Shown one piece after another: positions 11,393 through 25,471 of a stretch of DNA of 64,000 nucleotides. The position numbers and the translations under genes are program-made. Under the pieces are notes generated by a model, which worked only from the letters and a program-made list of their open reading frames with translations, was not told the origin of the DNA and did not search any database. This DNA is from Mytilus edulis (taxonomy: Eukaryota): the NCBI RefSeq assembly GCF_963676685.1, contig NC_092351.1:14632001-14696000 (forward strand), read 5' to 3'. How positions within the stretch are numbered: the stretch's first letter is position 1; each line of letters begins with the position of its first letter.

Positions 11393-14300
11393 GTTAGTCA
11401 AATAGATGTTGGACATTCATGTATATAAATGAAATCTAGTTTTTATCAAATTATCATACTACTCACAATCAAAATAAAAGAAAAGAATCAATTTTGCAAT
11501 TCCCTTTTTAAGAATCTAATGCATTGTGGGGTGAAACGTACACCAAAATGTCATGATTGGTTTAGGAACAATATAACATAACGTCATTGGCGAAAATTCT
11601 ATCGTTCGCACACCAAAATTTTAAGATTAATCATTTTACCCATATGTGGTTTTTTTTCTGAAAAGGCGAATTACAAAAAATGTGTTAAACGTTAACATTT
11701 TCAAATATAAAAACAAAAAAACCAACAATGTCTTTGTTGTGGCTAATTGTTTGTGTCAAAAATTAAATTGTATGACATTTGGTTATAAAATTTTACTGAT
11801 ATTTGACCTGTTTGATTTATCCATAAACTAACTTATTTTTTTAGCTGTTTTACGGATGGAAATTGTTTTTAATAATGATATAATATCGGTATGTTAATTT
11901 TCGTCTGATCGTAGAAAGTTTCTATGGTTACATTAGCCCGTTTATGTGGTGCCCCTTATTTTACGGCTTTTGGAAGTCCCCTTACCAAAATTTGTTTTAT
12001 TAAATTTTTGGTTCAAAACCAGGTTCAAAACACAATTTTTTTCTTAAAATGTCCTTTACCGAGTCAGGAATATGGTCATTGTTATATTATAGTTCGTTTC
12101 TGTGTGTGTTACATTTAAATGTCGTGTTTCTGTTGTGTCGTAGTTCAGCTCTCATATTTGATGCGTTTCCCTCAGTTTTAGTTTGTAACTCGGATTTATT
12201 TTTTCTCAATCGATTTATGAATTTCGAATAGAAGTATACTACTGTTGCTTTTACTTAGGCGTGGTTCGTAAATATTTTTGATGCACATCTCATTTAAGAT
12301 CATCGGAATGTTGACGACATAACTGTGATAGAAACGTCGCACGATACTGGTGTCACCTAACGTTACACACTCAAAGACGTTGGAATGCATGTTGTTCAGA
12401 TGGCTTTTTACAATAAATTTTAAAGGATTGATTTTTTTTCCTAAGAAAGGATTCATTGTTTTTTCTTAGATAAAAGATGTTAAGCTTTAGTTTTATTAAC
12501 AAATTAAAAATAAAAAAGTAACTTGAATTGGAACCATTTGTTTTATATACATTTTAATTATAAAGGCAATCGATTACTTTTTTTATGGATAAACTATGCA
12601 CTGCAAATGCACTCATCTTTGCACTCCAGAATGTCAAGGCGAAAGGACTACGGCATATCTAGCATGTTAGTTCTGCACAAATATATGCAAGGGAATTAGC
12701 GGGATTAATTATTATTGCTGTTTTTTTCTATTAATTTGTATTATAGCGGATCCGACTATTATAGTCCGGAAAACACTTCAGTTCCGCGAGAAAATCTTTC
12801 CCAACCCCTTCTTTATGAATCGGTAGAGCTTCCACATAAAACATTAATTTTAAAGTTTTCTTATTAAGCAACAAAATAAAATAGCCGTATTCCAAATCGT
12901 CTGTGAAAACCGCAATAATGACAATTAGACGGAACGTTAGAAATATATTTTATTAAATAACGTCAAAATCGTATGTGGGGACATTGTATCGGACATTTAG
13001 TTTTATCAGATATCTCGTATATTATATTTAATTTATGGGAATTTAATATCAAAATAGAGCAAATTTTTTGTACTTTTATCCACTATAATTTGTTTTATGT
13101 AGCGAATGACACTGTATTAAATAAACATCATGAAAAAACAGAAAACGTAACCATACGTTTAATTTAGTTTGAAGGGGACAAAATGTCGGACATTGCTATT
13201 CAACTCGAATATTAAGAATTTATTTTAAAAAATCCTGATTATTGCATGAGGCGAAAGTGTGATCTTTGTACAAAATACTAGTATAAGAATTATTTACTTT
13301 CGACATGGGGATTACTCTGAAATTCCCTTTTTTTGAGACAATTTAACAAAAATTACGGCAACCTTTCGTGCATGGGACAAATAATTTGTATCATCTTGAT
13401 CCCTTTTTTTTTATATGTCCGTCTTTTCGAGAGAAAAAAATCGACATTACGTCATCGCCCAATTATGAATTGCTTGTTCTAGACAAACTTTTATATCGTT
13501 TGGTAATAAAATGTATATGTTTTTTTACGGTATTCAGAATTTCACAAAACTAAAAGTGTAACGCGGGACAAGGAAATCATATTGCAAAATAAAGGTTTTA
13601 TTGAGTTTTAATTAATGAAAATGGTCTGTTACATATACAAAATTGCAATAATCTGAAAGAAGAGTTTAAAAGCTTTAAAATGATATACAACACTTTATGA
13701 TATCAATTTTTATGTTTAAAAATTAATAAGATGAATGTGTCTTGTCCGTGATTTTACCAAAGTAACACCAGTAGCGTGCGACGTTTCATACCATCCCCGA
13801 ATACAACTTTTAAAGTTAAAATTGGCAGTTTTTTAGATAGCAATTTAGTGCATTTTTCTTTGAAAACGAGAAAACAATTCAATCAAAAACTGTATTTGAC
13901 ATTTGAGAGGAAAACATATAATGTTATGATACTGCATGCAAATGTTAATGGGGATATTCTATACAGTTTTGTAAAAAAAACCTCAAGAACATAAATAAAA
14001 TGTGTACTTTTTTATAACCGAAATTGTATATCTGTCAATGAGCTCCATCATTTATGTTTTCCTCAAAAATAATTTAATAGTTTCGATGTGATTATTTACA
14101 TTTCATTTGATTAATTAACTATTTTTGAGTTTTTTTAAAGTTAATTTGATTATATAAAGTAGTTCTTTTGAGTATTTTCTGCAAAACAGTTATAAATTTG
14201 AATTTTTATAAAAGTTAAGCGAACATTCAGATAACGTTTTTTTCCGGATAATTGCTAGTTGTGAAAGTCCTGTAAAGAGTACTTCTTAAAGTACCAAAAG

Positions 14301-17300
14301 GAAAAAGAATGATATTGTGTTTGGAAAATGCATTGTCTGGCAATGTTTAATATCAGAGCAATAAATATACATGCAGGCAGTCGGGAAAAGGGAATTATTG
14401 AAGCTTCCTACAGACTTTGGGTGCGACTTGGTGATGCAACAACACATTTCCCTTGATTATCTGATAAACCTTTGTGCTCAAAAAGCTTAATTTTGTCTGT
14501 ATCAATGAAGAGAAACGTGCAGTAATGTTAATACGTGTATAGCAAATTTATTCTTTCGTACTGTGATATTGTTCCTTTTTTGATTACGTTAAGCCTCCCA
14601 ATTGATATTTTAGCGTGTGTTTTTCTATGTTGTAATGTTATGCTATTGTTTCAGAAAAAAGGAGAAGGTTTGGTACCATTAAAACGTTTAACTCCGCTGC
14701 ATATGTTTTGCATCTGTCCTTAGTCAGGAATCTGATGTACAGTAGTTGTCGCTTGTTTATGTAATTAATACTTGTTTCTCGTTTCTCGTTTTTTATATAG
14801 ATTGACCGTTGGGTTTTCCGTTTGAATGGTTTTACGCTAGTAATTTTGGGACCCTTTATAGTTTGTTGTTCGGTGTGAGCCAAGGCTCCGTATTGAAGGC
14901 CGTGCATTGACCTGTAATGATTTACTTATATACATTGTTATTTGGATGGAGAGTTGTCTCATTGGCACTCACACCACACCTTCCTATATCTATTGGTTTC
15001 ACAAACGATGACGAAGTGATTGTTCCTTAGCTGAGATTCTTGTAAACATTTTTCCAATGTAACCTCTGAATATTTTTCCACCGTTTATCCCTATTTGATG
15101 AAGACTAGAGTTATTGTATATTTTAAAGACACATTATGCAAGGGTCTTGACCGATTTTAATTTAAACATTGATAAGTTAGCATTATTTTAAATCATCTCC
15201 CTAAAATCTTGATGAAATTACACATTTCAGCATTTTATTCCAACCAAGACAATGCTCTTTCATCAAACTCAGTTTATTTACAATAAACCAACTGCTAAAA
15301 AAAGGCCAACAATACATTGAAATAACGTGACAACGCCACGTAGAAACAACAGACAAACATTGGTACAAAAGACACAACATAAATCAATGCAAGTTACACC
15401 TATGAGTTTTCTCAAACCTCGATTTTTGCTTAGTTTAACTAGTATATTTTTGTGTTATAACTGATATCTCCGACTGCAATAACAAAGTATTTATGTTTCT
15501 ATAACCAGATGTTAATTTGCAAAAAGTACCCAACCTTTTTGGAAGCAGCATTAAAACAACTGTTTGACTGCTTGATTTTTTAATTTTTTTCCCCTATTGA
15601 AATAATTTGATAAAAGGGTGGTTTACTGTTTAGAAAATATTTCTATTATATACTATATTGAAAACATGATAAGCAATATGAAAGTTAATGGATATGAAAA
15701 GGTCATGACCATGTCTGCATGGTCTATGTCACAAACGGGTTTAATCTAAAGTTTTTTTCCTTTTCTTTCCTTGTGGCTAAAATATTGACATTTTTAGGCT
15801 TGACCTTTCAACCCAATTTCACAAAAATGTGACAACTCTGGATTTTTACGACAAATATTTTTTTTATTTTCTTCTTTCCATTTATATATAAGGTCAGTGT
15901 GTGTTCTTCCGGTAAATCAAAGTTTTAAAAATGAACTCAGGTTGCAGTACTCTAACCATGGTAACATAACTGTTCTATAGCTGTCTATAACCGTCTTGAT
16001 CAATATAATTCATTTCATCCGCCTGATAAGTTTTATACTGTATCAATAGAATATTTTTTTTGCTTATTATTATAGATAGAACTATACAAAACTTGTTGTT
16101 TGTTCATTAGTTTTGTATGAATCATTTTTACATCCTCTATAAACAGATGAATATTTCAAATGTCCTGTTATTTCAAGTAGCTAATTTCATGTGTGTTGCA
16201 TTTTTGTATTAGATATTCTTATTGTATAAGTCATTTTGAAAGAGCTTCATAGAATAATAAATTCTTAAAATAGAAAAGACATTAAAACGGGAAAACAAAA
16301 AAACTACTACTGAGAAAAATAACGATGTACGCAATTGACAAACTTTATGTTAGTTTTTTGTCAGTGATAAAACTCTTTAGAAATTTGGGTAAGCTTTGAT
16401 CCTTAAAAGTCAGTTTGTAGGGCGACAATCGAATTTAATTACTGTGTATAAATCAATATTTCATAGTCTTATATGAAAAAGATCTTCGTGTAACTGATAA
16501 GTTTTTTTTTATCAGTCCGGATTTGACAATATGTTTTTTTATTAGGTAATTTCCGTTTTAAATTTTCCTTGGTTGTCGGAATTTTTGTTATTTTACTTTT
16601 GTTCAGATCTTATTAATCTATAAACAGAGACAATTAGAAGTAATAACCAAATAGAAAAGAAATAGCATTAAATCCCAACAAAGGTAGGCCGGGTTTATTA
16701 TTTCTTCAATAGGAAGGCACCGAGGAGATAAATACGTTTAGAGGGGTCCCGTTTGTGAAAACAATTGCCATTAAGTTATACATGAGATATGCTAAAATTC
16801 GACAAAATATGTTAAAAATTCTATATGTATCAAGTAGATATAGAAAGATGTGGTATGAATGTCAATAAGACACATCTCCATCCAGGTCACAATTTATAAA
16901 AGTGAACCATTATAGGTCAAAGAACGGTCTTCAAGGCGGTCTAATCTATATAAAAAACGCAAATCACGTATGAACCACATAAATAAACGACAAACACTGA
17001 ACTTCAGATTCCTGACTTAGGAAAGGTGCAAACAATTACAGCGGGATTTAACGTTTTAATGGTACCAAACCTTCTCCCTTTTCTGAAACAGAAGTATAAT
17101 ATCACAACATAAAGAGACACAATATAACATATTAATTGGAATGATTTAAGGGGGTAGACCTTGGTTCAGGGAGATAACTCTTTAAATCAGTTAAGCGTTT
17201 GTAAAAGTCAAGTTCATCAATGTATTTTAAGCATTTACCTGAAACAGATTGAAAATAATCTATGTAACTTAGAAGCTTAGAATATATTTTTGAAAATGGT

Positions 17301-20300
17301 TGACACAAACGTACTGATGATTTTAAGAGTTATTTCCCTTAACCTAGGTCTACCTCCTTAACTCAATCAAAAAGGCTGTTTATTCATAGTCACATTGAAG
17401 TTAAGCCTTAAACTACAATTGACAAAACTGGCACAGATATAGAGGAAGAGACCCGTACCAACTTACATGTTCCGGTTTTGAAAAACAAAATGTTATAGCA
17501 ACACTCACAATAATTGGAAATGAAATCCCTTCAACCAAGTTATATTTTTTAAAGTCAACGCATTGTTATTTGCATGTAATATTACAATATAATTTTGAAT
17601 ACTTAGTTTCTCTATCATATTCACTCATATATTCTAGGATGGATTGTGTATGGAAATCGCACTGCCTACGGTATGTACAATATATATATATATCAATATG
17701 TTTTCGTTTATAAATGTTTAATCCTTTTATTACAAAAGTAACGGACAAGATGCATTTTGTGGTTCTGTAAAAAATAACAAAAAGACTGGATGACATTACT
17801 AATGACATTTTATACGCAGCGGAGGAATGGTTAATTTGTATATTAGTGAAATTTGTAACTAAAATGAGCTAATTGAAAGAACGTTTTCCTTTAATGAATA
17901 CTAGTCACAAGCGTCAATAAAAATATGTTTGCCAGTATATTGATAAACACAAGAAATCGATCCCATAACTGTATACATATCTTTTTGGTTGTGTTTTTTT
18001 TTATCATTTAAGTACCATCCAACACGCAAAAATGTTTGCATGATTTTCGTTTCTGTATAATTCCTGAAAATATTAACATACTTTAAACCCAAACAAAGTT
18101 ATTTCATAACAGTACAAACATTCAATATCTATTTTTGAATATGCATAATACATGTAGTTTTCAATATAATTTAATGTCAGTTTGAGTCCCATATCTTGTC
18201 TTGTTCAAATAGTAACACATTATAAAAGAATGCAAGATTTTGATTAGTTGGTAGCCAGTTTCTTTTATACATATTTTTATCTTTCCTTCTCATTTTAAAT
18301 TTGCATTTTTTAACCACTGCCGGTAAATACGACACAAATCCCCCTCTATGCAACGTATTTGCCTTTTTGGTTATTCCCTTTTTAACCTCGCAAACCTCCT
18401 CACGCCAAAGTTATTCGGAAGATTTCTCACCTTATTCCAATTATTACGGTACCATTTTAAGGCAATATTGATTGATAGAAGTAATCCAAAAACTTTAAAC
18501 AAAAACATCAGACAACAAGACTGTTCGACACCAATATGGTGTTTCTATCCAGATGAACGAGAGATACCATGAAGTTAAATTAAGACATCACAAGCGTATC
18601 TGTATAATTCCCGCGGTACTATGATAGTCCCTACTTACCATCAAAGTTATGCATACACATATGTATGGATAACATCAAACTATGAACCTAAAATTCTGTA
18701 TTGTTAGTGTGTTTGGTTGTACAAACCGGATTAACATGCGTCAGCTATAAGAATTTAAAAGGTAGAATATGTCAATGGTGAATGTAGTAAAATCCCTTTG
18801 CCACACAAAACAGCCAACACCATTTCTAAAACGAGACAGAAAATATACTTAGAAACCAAATTCAACATTAAGCAATATACATGGACACCAAAAGAACAAT
18901 GAAGAACGAACCATATCCCTCAAACTCTGGTGGTCAAGATTGCCATCTCTTCGTTATCAAATTTTAGTCCACAGTCGCATTTAGGAATGTTTTATTTCAC
19001 ATTAAAAATGAGCCATAGGGCTTATTACAACCTGAACGCATTATAAAAAATATCCCAGTTTAGTGTGTTGGGTAAAATAGGGGATACATATGCTGCAAAT
19101 CTTTGCAGAAAAACCATATTATTTTGACGGTATATAAGTCATATAATGCATATTTTATTTTTTGTTGTTGTTGTAGAACACACCTCGAGGTGTCGAAATT
19201 GCCCAGAGAAAGACCTCCCGGTCGTGATAAATTATTATTATATATGTTAAATCCTCATGGTCTTAGTCAATTTCTATATAAGAAGAGATAAAAAAAAAAA
19301 GTACAAGTCACTGTGAAAATCGCATTTCACCAAAACATTTTGAATGGCCTACTTAATCAATTTTAAGAAGGACACGGGTTATGTTCTTCTCATGTATTAT
19401 ATATAATATATTATATCTTATGATAGCATGATACTAAACCCCTAACGGAAGGGATTGTGCCTGATATTCATATGATGAAGACATAATCTTTCAATCAGTT
19501 TAATTGAGGTCTAGAGCTGGCATGTCAGTTAACTGCTAGTAGTCTATTGTTATTTATGTATTACTATCATTTTGTTTATTTTCTTTTTCTTCTGACATCG
19601 GACCCGGACTTCACTTGAACTGAATTTAATGTGCGTATTGTTATGCGTTTACTTGTTTACTTTGGCTAAAGGTATAGGGAGAGGGTTGACATCTCATAAA
19701 CATGTTTGATCCCACCGAAATTTTTGCGCCTGTCCCAGGTCAGGAGCCTCTGGCCTTTGTTAGTCTTGTATGGTTTTTAATTTTAGTTTCTTGTGTATAA
19801 TTCGGAGTTTAGTATGACGTCCATTATCACTGAACTAGTATACATATTTTTTAAGGGTTCAGCTGAAGGACGACTCCGGGTAAGGGAGTTTCTCCCTACA
19901 TTGAAGACCAATTGGTGACCTTCGGCTGTTGTCTGCTCTATGGTCGGGTTGTTCTCGATTTTACACATTCCCCATTTCCTTTCTCAATTTTATTAAATTA
20001 ATATTTCCGCAAATCTTGCAATTATCTTGTATGATATCTGATTTGTACCTTCGGTGAAGTGCTATCTCTTTTGAAATCACATGAAATCTTCTTTTTGATA
20101 TAAACAATGTAATTGCATAAAACAAAGAAAGCATTTTAATTTTCAATTTCAGGGCATTTCGGAGCAAAAGATTTTAAAAGAAACTATGCTGTTATGCTGA
20201 ACGTGTCTTGGGCTGAAGCATTCGATAGATGTACACAAAATATCAACTCTGGACGACTTTTTAACAGACCGAGTGCTGGAATGAATATGCATTTACAACA

Positions 20301-23300
20301 TGACAGAAGTGTTCTCAAGCAAAAGGGGTGGTAGGTGAATGTATATGTAAAAACAGTGTTCATATGACCAAAGATTTTGTGTGTTTCAATATTTTGTTTA
20401 TAACAGTCAAAACAATGGGATTATACATTTAAATAACATTGATATTAATGAGCATATAATTTAATGACTGAACTGTTTGAGACCAACACAAAAAATATGT
20501 AGGGCGGATTAATGTGAGTGACACCATTGTCATGCGGGCTGATAACGATTTTGTTTTTGTCATAACGAGGATATTTTCATTACATTATCATACAAAAAAA
20601 AATGAATTATATTAGCAAATAAATCGACATTCATTAGTTCCTGTATTGAACTTTAATTGTATACATTTTTATTGAAGGCAAAATGGTGATACTTGGTTAG
20701 GAATTATGAAAACTGATAAAAGCAAATGGTTAGCAGCCACACAAGATAACTGTGAAGATGTTATTTCCGGATCAGTTATGAAAAAACTACCTCCTTTAAC
20801 TCCAGGAGTCTCTCAGTGCCTGTTGTTAAATATGTCTGGGTCTGGTTATAACGACATTTACTATACAGCATCATGTGAGGAGTTACATCCATTCCTTTGT
20901 CAATCGCAGGATATTGTAGGTATAAAATACAAATATAATACTACTACAATTGATTAATTGTAGGCTGCTTAACGTTCATAAAAAATAAACAATACATACA
21001 ATAACTAGTTAATGTTATAGGATCGATCAGACCGAAAGGACTGAAAGTCAGACTACCACTTGAAAAAAGTGCAACCTATGGACCTTTTAAAAAAGTTTTT
21101 GCAAGAGTTCATGAGGAGAATGGCACGCTATTTCTTGCTATACAAAGAGTTTGGTTTAACACCCGCGTGTCGGCCAGCCTTGGATCTTAATTGAAACATT
21201 CTGCTCGGGTTTTAAGTTAGTTAGACGAAAGAAACAACCATATATCAAATTATTTTTAAAGATACTCAAACCCCTACCAAAAAGCTGCTGATGTGCCGTC
21301 ATACTTGAAACAATCAGTTCCATCTTCATTCACATATTTACACAAAAGACACCAATGAATTGATATCTAGCTATATAAAAAAGTAAAATAACGAAAATAT
21401 GGAATTCCAAGGACACTTAAAAAACGGAAATTTCATAATTTATTTTTGGTACTAAATGTAACGATCAACATACAATGTACATGAACATCATATAACTGAT
21501 ATACATTTAATTTTATCTTTTAAAACATTCATATTTAAACAATGCTTGTTTAAAAAAAAACACATTTGTTTTAATTAAAATATTTGCTTTACACTTATTC
21601 ATTTATACAGGAACTGTAAATACAACCATGTATAGTGAGATGATGGTTAAACGTGATCTTTTTAACTTCGTACGTCTAACAGTAATACATCACGCTGTGA
21701 ACGAAGCAAATGATTGTCTAGTTAAGATTAACAATAATGCTGCAGCTTTTGCCGCGGTTTATAATCAGTCAATAAATGTTTGTGAGGTATATGTACATAA
21801 TCCCACAGTAATATATCCTGTCCGAGTACAAATGGAAAATCAAACAAATGTTACGAGCTTCGTGAAAACGAAAGGCCATGAAGGTACGTAATAATATAAT
21901 TGTATACTACCAAACTCATGAAAAATTAGATCTTCATCTTGTAAAAACCTATTTTTGTTTGATATCAATATTTTACATTAAGAAGACACTTCAGATTTAA
22001 TATTTTAAAAAAAAATATGACTTCCTTCTTTCCAAGATGAACATTAAAAGTCACCACTATTAAACGTAAGAAATACAAATTAAACATAAAAAATCTCTAT
22101 CAAAGTCTAATATCTTCTCTAAACGTTAGGAATTTCGGTTCTCAATGCTCTCCCTTCTTACTCTATTTGGCCTTTTATTTTTTTATTCGAGCGTCACGGA
22201 TGAGTAGATGAAACACGCGTCTGGCAATCAAAATTTCAATCCTTGTATCTCTAATGAGTTTATTTAGGTTCGAAAAAAAGCCAACACTGTTCCGCAAAAT
22301 TCACAAGCAATTAAAAATATTCATGAAAGTTAAGATGTCATCTATAACACTTTCGAATTTTACTTTTTGGAAGCGTTGACATGACAGTCCTAAGAAAAGA
22401 TGAATCATTAAGCTCATTATGCAGTGGAAAATTTAAAGTCCACATTTTTTTTAAATGCTACGCAACTAGGCACTTTCATCATAATCATTTTGACAATGCG
22501 TTGACACGGTTTTGTTATTTCGACATATGACTTTCATCATTATCAAATTAAACAATAGCTTATGATTCATACATTAATATTCTATGAGTTGCCTATTGGA
22601 AACGTTATCATCATTATTTAGGATTTTTTATTTACCGTTGCTAAGATTACTCAAAATTGCTATCAATGAATGAAAGAAAACACTATGTAGTTCGAATTTC
22701 ATTATGTTTGTATTTTGTATGTATTTAATTTGTTTATAATTATTCAATATGACACATACAAAAGGGCTAAAAAACTGAAAACAACACGTTATAGATATCG
22801 GTCGTATGAATCGCTTTTCTAGATTTGTGTTTTTTTGGGATCACTCAAAACAAAATAGTTTAGTGCCAAGGATGTTTAAGAACTGCAGCAGCCAAGGAGA
22901 TTTTTATCAAAAAATAATACCGAAAAGATAAAGTTAAGATTGTACACTTCATATCTGTATACATTTATGCATGTTATGCATTGTACTGCAATGACAGTAA
23001 TTATAAATAATAAATTAGTTATGATGAAAATTCATGAAACGTCTTATATGAAAAATATAATTACTCTTACGCATTGTACATAAAGAATGGCACTTTAACT
23101 AAAACAAAAATAACACACACAAACTATGTACTTTATCAGATGCAAAGACTGAAGGAAAATACAATAAAAGCCTGCTAGGAAAAAATAAATAAATATTTTT
23201 CTCACAAATACCTTTTATCAGTTATATAATTTAACAAAGATAGAAGAGTATTTAAAGATAAGACAGCTTGATAAATATGGCAATTCAATGGTCCTTGAAT

Positions 23301-25471
23301 CATAAATTTAAATCTTAGAAGACTCTTAACAGTGTTGCGATACATATATAGTATGAGGTATATACGTACAATCATCAGGGTTTTGTCTTATTTCTAGTAT
23401 TCTTTTTTTCACCTACGAATACATTTGAATGTTTATGCAAATATACTGTTATGAATTATCTGTAAGCTGCCAACCAAGCATATTTTTTCACTACCAATTT
23501 TACTTGGGAAGTTAGATGAGTAAACGCATTTTTTTCTGTAATAATATCTGAAACAAGTACTGTAATATCTTGACTATCAAAACAAATAACTAGATCATTC
23601 ATTCTTAATTATGTACAAAAAGGAAAAAATGAAAACAACAAGTTAAAAATGTATGGGTACGACGCACTTCTCTAGATTAACTTTCATCTTGAACGCTTAA
23701 AGCCGAATATTTGAGAGCAGATAATGTATAAGAACTGACATAATTGATGAGCTATAGCAGCCGAAAGGATATCAAAAATGATTTCTGGCGTTCAATGAAT
23801 TACTAGAACTAGTTTAAGCTAAAAGTGAATGTTTTGTAGTTGTAGAAACTACTGATAATAGCTCATACGATGGCATTCAGGTGAAAAATTCACAGAAATG
23901 TGAGTACATAAGATATTTGAAAGCTTGTTCATTTATTTTAAATATGCAGATTCGAAAATTACAAAAGAAAAGAAAAGAGATTTTCCGTTTTGAGTTTTCC
24001 TTGCAATTCGGTATTTTTTTTACCTTTTGAGACGTGATTTAAAAACTCTTTCGTGTAACCTGAGTTAAATTTAAACGCAAACAGTTCAATTTGAAAATTA
24101 CTACTTTTCCTTTGAATAATTGTAGTTCAGGCATATTAGAACTTTTTAAATATTTTCAAATAAGCATTTATATTTAGGTATATCAAATCGACAATTACTG
24201 TAAAACCAAAAGGTGAAAGACAACGATAACAAAGTATTCTATTTTTGAAGGTATCAATTATGGACTATCCTCGAACGTATCAAGTACAACAAACATACCA
24301 TATATAGCTAACACAACTACCGTACCAGTTACCATGGCAAACCCGGGTAAGTCCGTACCACGTCAACTATCAATCAATGAACAGTGTATATATAGCATCT
24401 ACATCTAATCTAAAACCTATCATGTGTAGTACCGTAAATTGAAACATTTTGGCATCCCGATATTTTGGCGGTTGTCTCTCGAAAGGCATCTGTTTTATTT
24501 TGATGTCTGCAATTTTGGTGCTTCGTCCAATTGATATGTTTAACTTTGAAACAATAGTAGTTAGCAAACTCATTCATATTTGTCATTATATACACGTTTA
24601 ATGACTAATAGACATTTGCGGAAACTGGCATACACCTACGATTAGGATTACAATTACACTTACAGGTAACATTTAAATTTTGGGCTTTCTCAAGGTGTAA
24701 GACAATATAAAACAATTCAAACGAGAAAACTAACGGCCTTATTTATGTAAAAAAAAATTGAACTGTTATAGTCCTAACTTGGTACAGGCATTTTCTTATG
24801 TAGCGATGTTGAATTAAACCTGGTTTTATGGATAGCTCTCATTGTATGACAGTCGCATTTGAAATACCATTATATTGGCAACATTTTTTTAACAAAACAA
24901 ACAGACATAATAGGTAAAAATGTCAAAAATATGGGTACTGCTTGTACAGTCAACATTGTGTTATTATCTTAATCGTTATAACAACAAACAAACATGTAAC
25001 ACATAAACACAGAAAGCATAAAGACAAAGCACATTAGCAAACATGAGGAACAAGACAAAAATTTACTTTAGAACAATAACAATCATGAGATGAATATAAC
25101 ATACAAGTGATTACTAGTTAGACCACTCAGACACAGGTTTTTGTTTTAAATACTATACATGTAAATGACAGTTTTAATTTTTTTAAGGAACTGCTAATGA
25201 AATGGTAGACTGTGTTTGTGTTTGTAAAAATTCCACTACAAGTCAAGGAATACCTATTTCATTACCTGATCTACGAATCGACAAAACAACGTTGTCATCA
25301 CATCAACGACGTTTTATATCAGTTGCAGACCATAGACTTTCTGCTACGATGATTGGTTTGTCAGGCGCTCTAATTCTAACAAGTTTGATTCTTGCAATTA
25401 TTGTACCAGATTTTATTCTCTTTGCAAAACATATAAAGCATCATTATAACAAAAGAAATCCTAAACATTAA
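11341..25471 (+). CDS. Gene 1: type I membrane protein (C-type lectin-like, PAN/apple-like, S/T stalk, conserved juxtamembrane module, TM), ~374 aa, spliced
   Basis: Exons 11341-11392 (linkage tentative), 20153-20330, 20678-20919, 21611-21883, 24251-24346, 25188-25471. All introns are GT-AG and phases 1,2,1,1,1 join into one open frame. Confidence 0.8.
12326..13793. mobile_element. Non-autonomous DNA transposon with ~33-bp imperfect TIRs
   Basis: TGATAGAAACGTCGCACGATACTGGTGTCACCT pairs with AAGTAACACCAGTAGCGTGCGACGTTTCATACCA. No transposase ORF is visible. Confidence 0.6.
14525..14992 (+). repeat. Interspersed repeat family B (copies 16835-17135 -, 43625-43950, 51780-52010, 59688-59880)
   Basis: Shared CTGTCCT.AGTCAGGAATCTGATGTACAGTAGTTGTCG...TTCGGTGTGAGCCAAGGCTCCG...GGAGAGTTGTCTCATTGGCACTCA. 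Confidence 0.85.
17150..17357. mobile_element. TTAA MITE (Kolobok-type)
   Basis: TTAA|GGGGGTAGACCTTGGTTCAGGGAGATAACTCTT ... AAGAGTTATTTCCCTTAACCTAGGTCTACCTCC|TTAA. Confidence 0.85.
20153..20330 (+). CDS. Gene 1 exon: C-type lectin domain, N-terminal half
   Basis: TTTCAG| HFGAKDFKRNYAVMLNVSWAEAFDRCTQNINSGRLF...LKQKGW |GTAGGT. The SW-x-EA-xxx-C motif is typical of CTLDs. Homologous to 40958-41138. Confidence 0.85.
20678..20919 (+). CDS. Gene 1 exon: C-type lectin domain, C-terminal half
   Basis: QNGDTWLGIMKTDKSKW...QCLLLN...SCEELHPFLCQ, with the WLG motif and CTLD cysteine spacing. Confidence 0.88.
21611..21883 (+). CDS. Gene 1 exon: PAN/apple-like domain
   Basis: Phase 1-1 exon with ...NEANDCLVKINNNAAAFAAVYNQSINVCEVY..., resembling the PAN C...(AxY)...C pattern with fewer cysteines. 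The domain call is an inference. Confidence 0.75.
22125..22265 (+). mobile_element. Decayed retrozyme fragment with inactivated hammerhead (22191-22225)
   Basis: GCGTCA CGGATGA GTAGAT GAAAC ACGC GTC TGGC: core U4 mutated and stem II deleted. Flanks match 29910-30123. Confidence 0.7.
24251..24346 (+). CDS. Gene 1 exon: Ser/Thr-rich stalk
   Basis: GINYGLSSNVSSTTNIPYIANTTTVPVTMANP, phase 1-1, donor GG|GTAAGT. The GINYG start is shared with the paralog exon at 43222. Confidence 0.8.
25188..25471 (+). CDS. Gene 1 terminal exon: CxCxC, conserved juxtamembrane motif, TM helix and short tail
   Basis: CVCVC...DLRIDKTTLSSHQRRFISVADHRLSATMIGLSGALILTSLILAIIVPDF..., homologous to 44715-45169. Confidence 0.88.
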
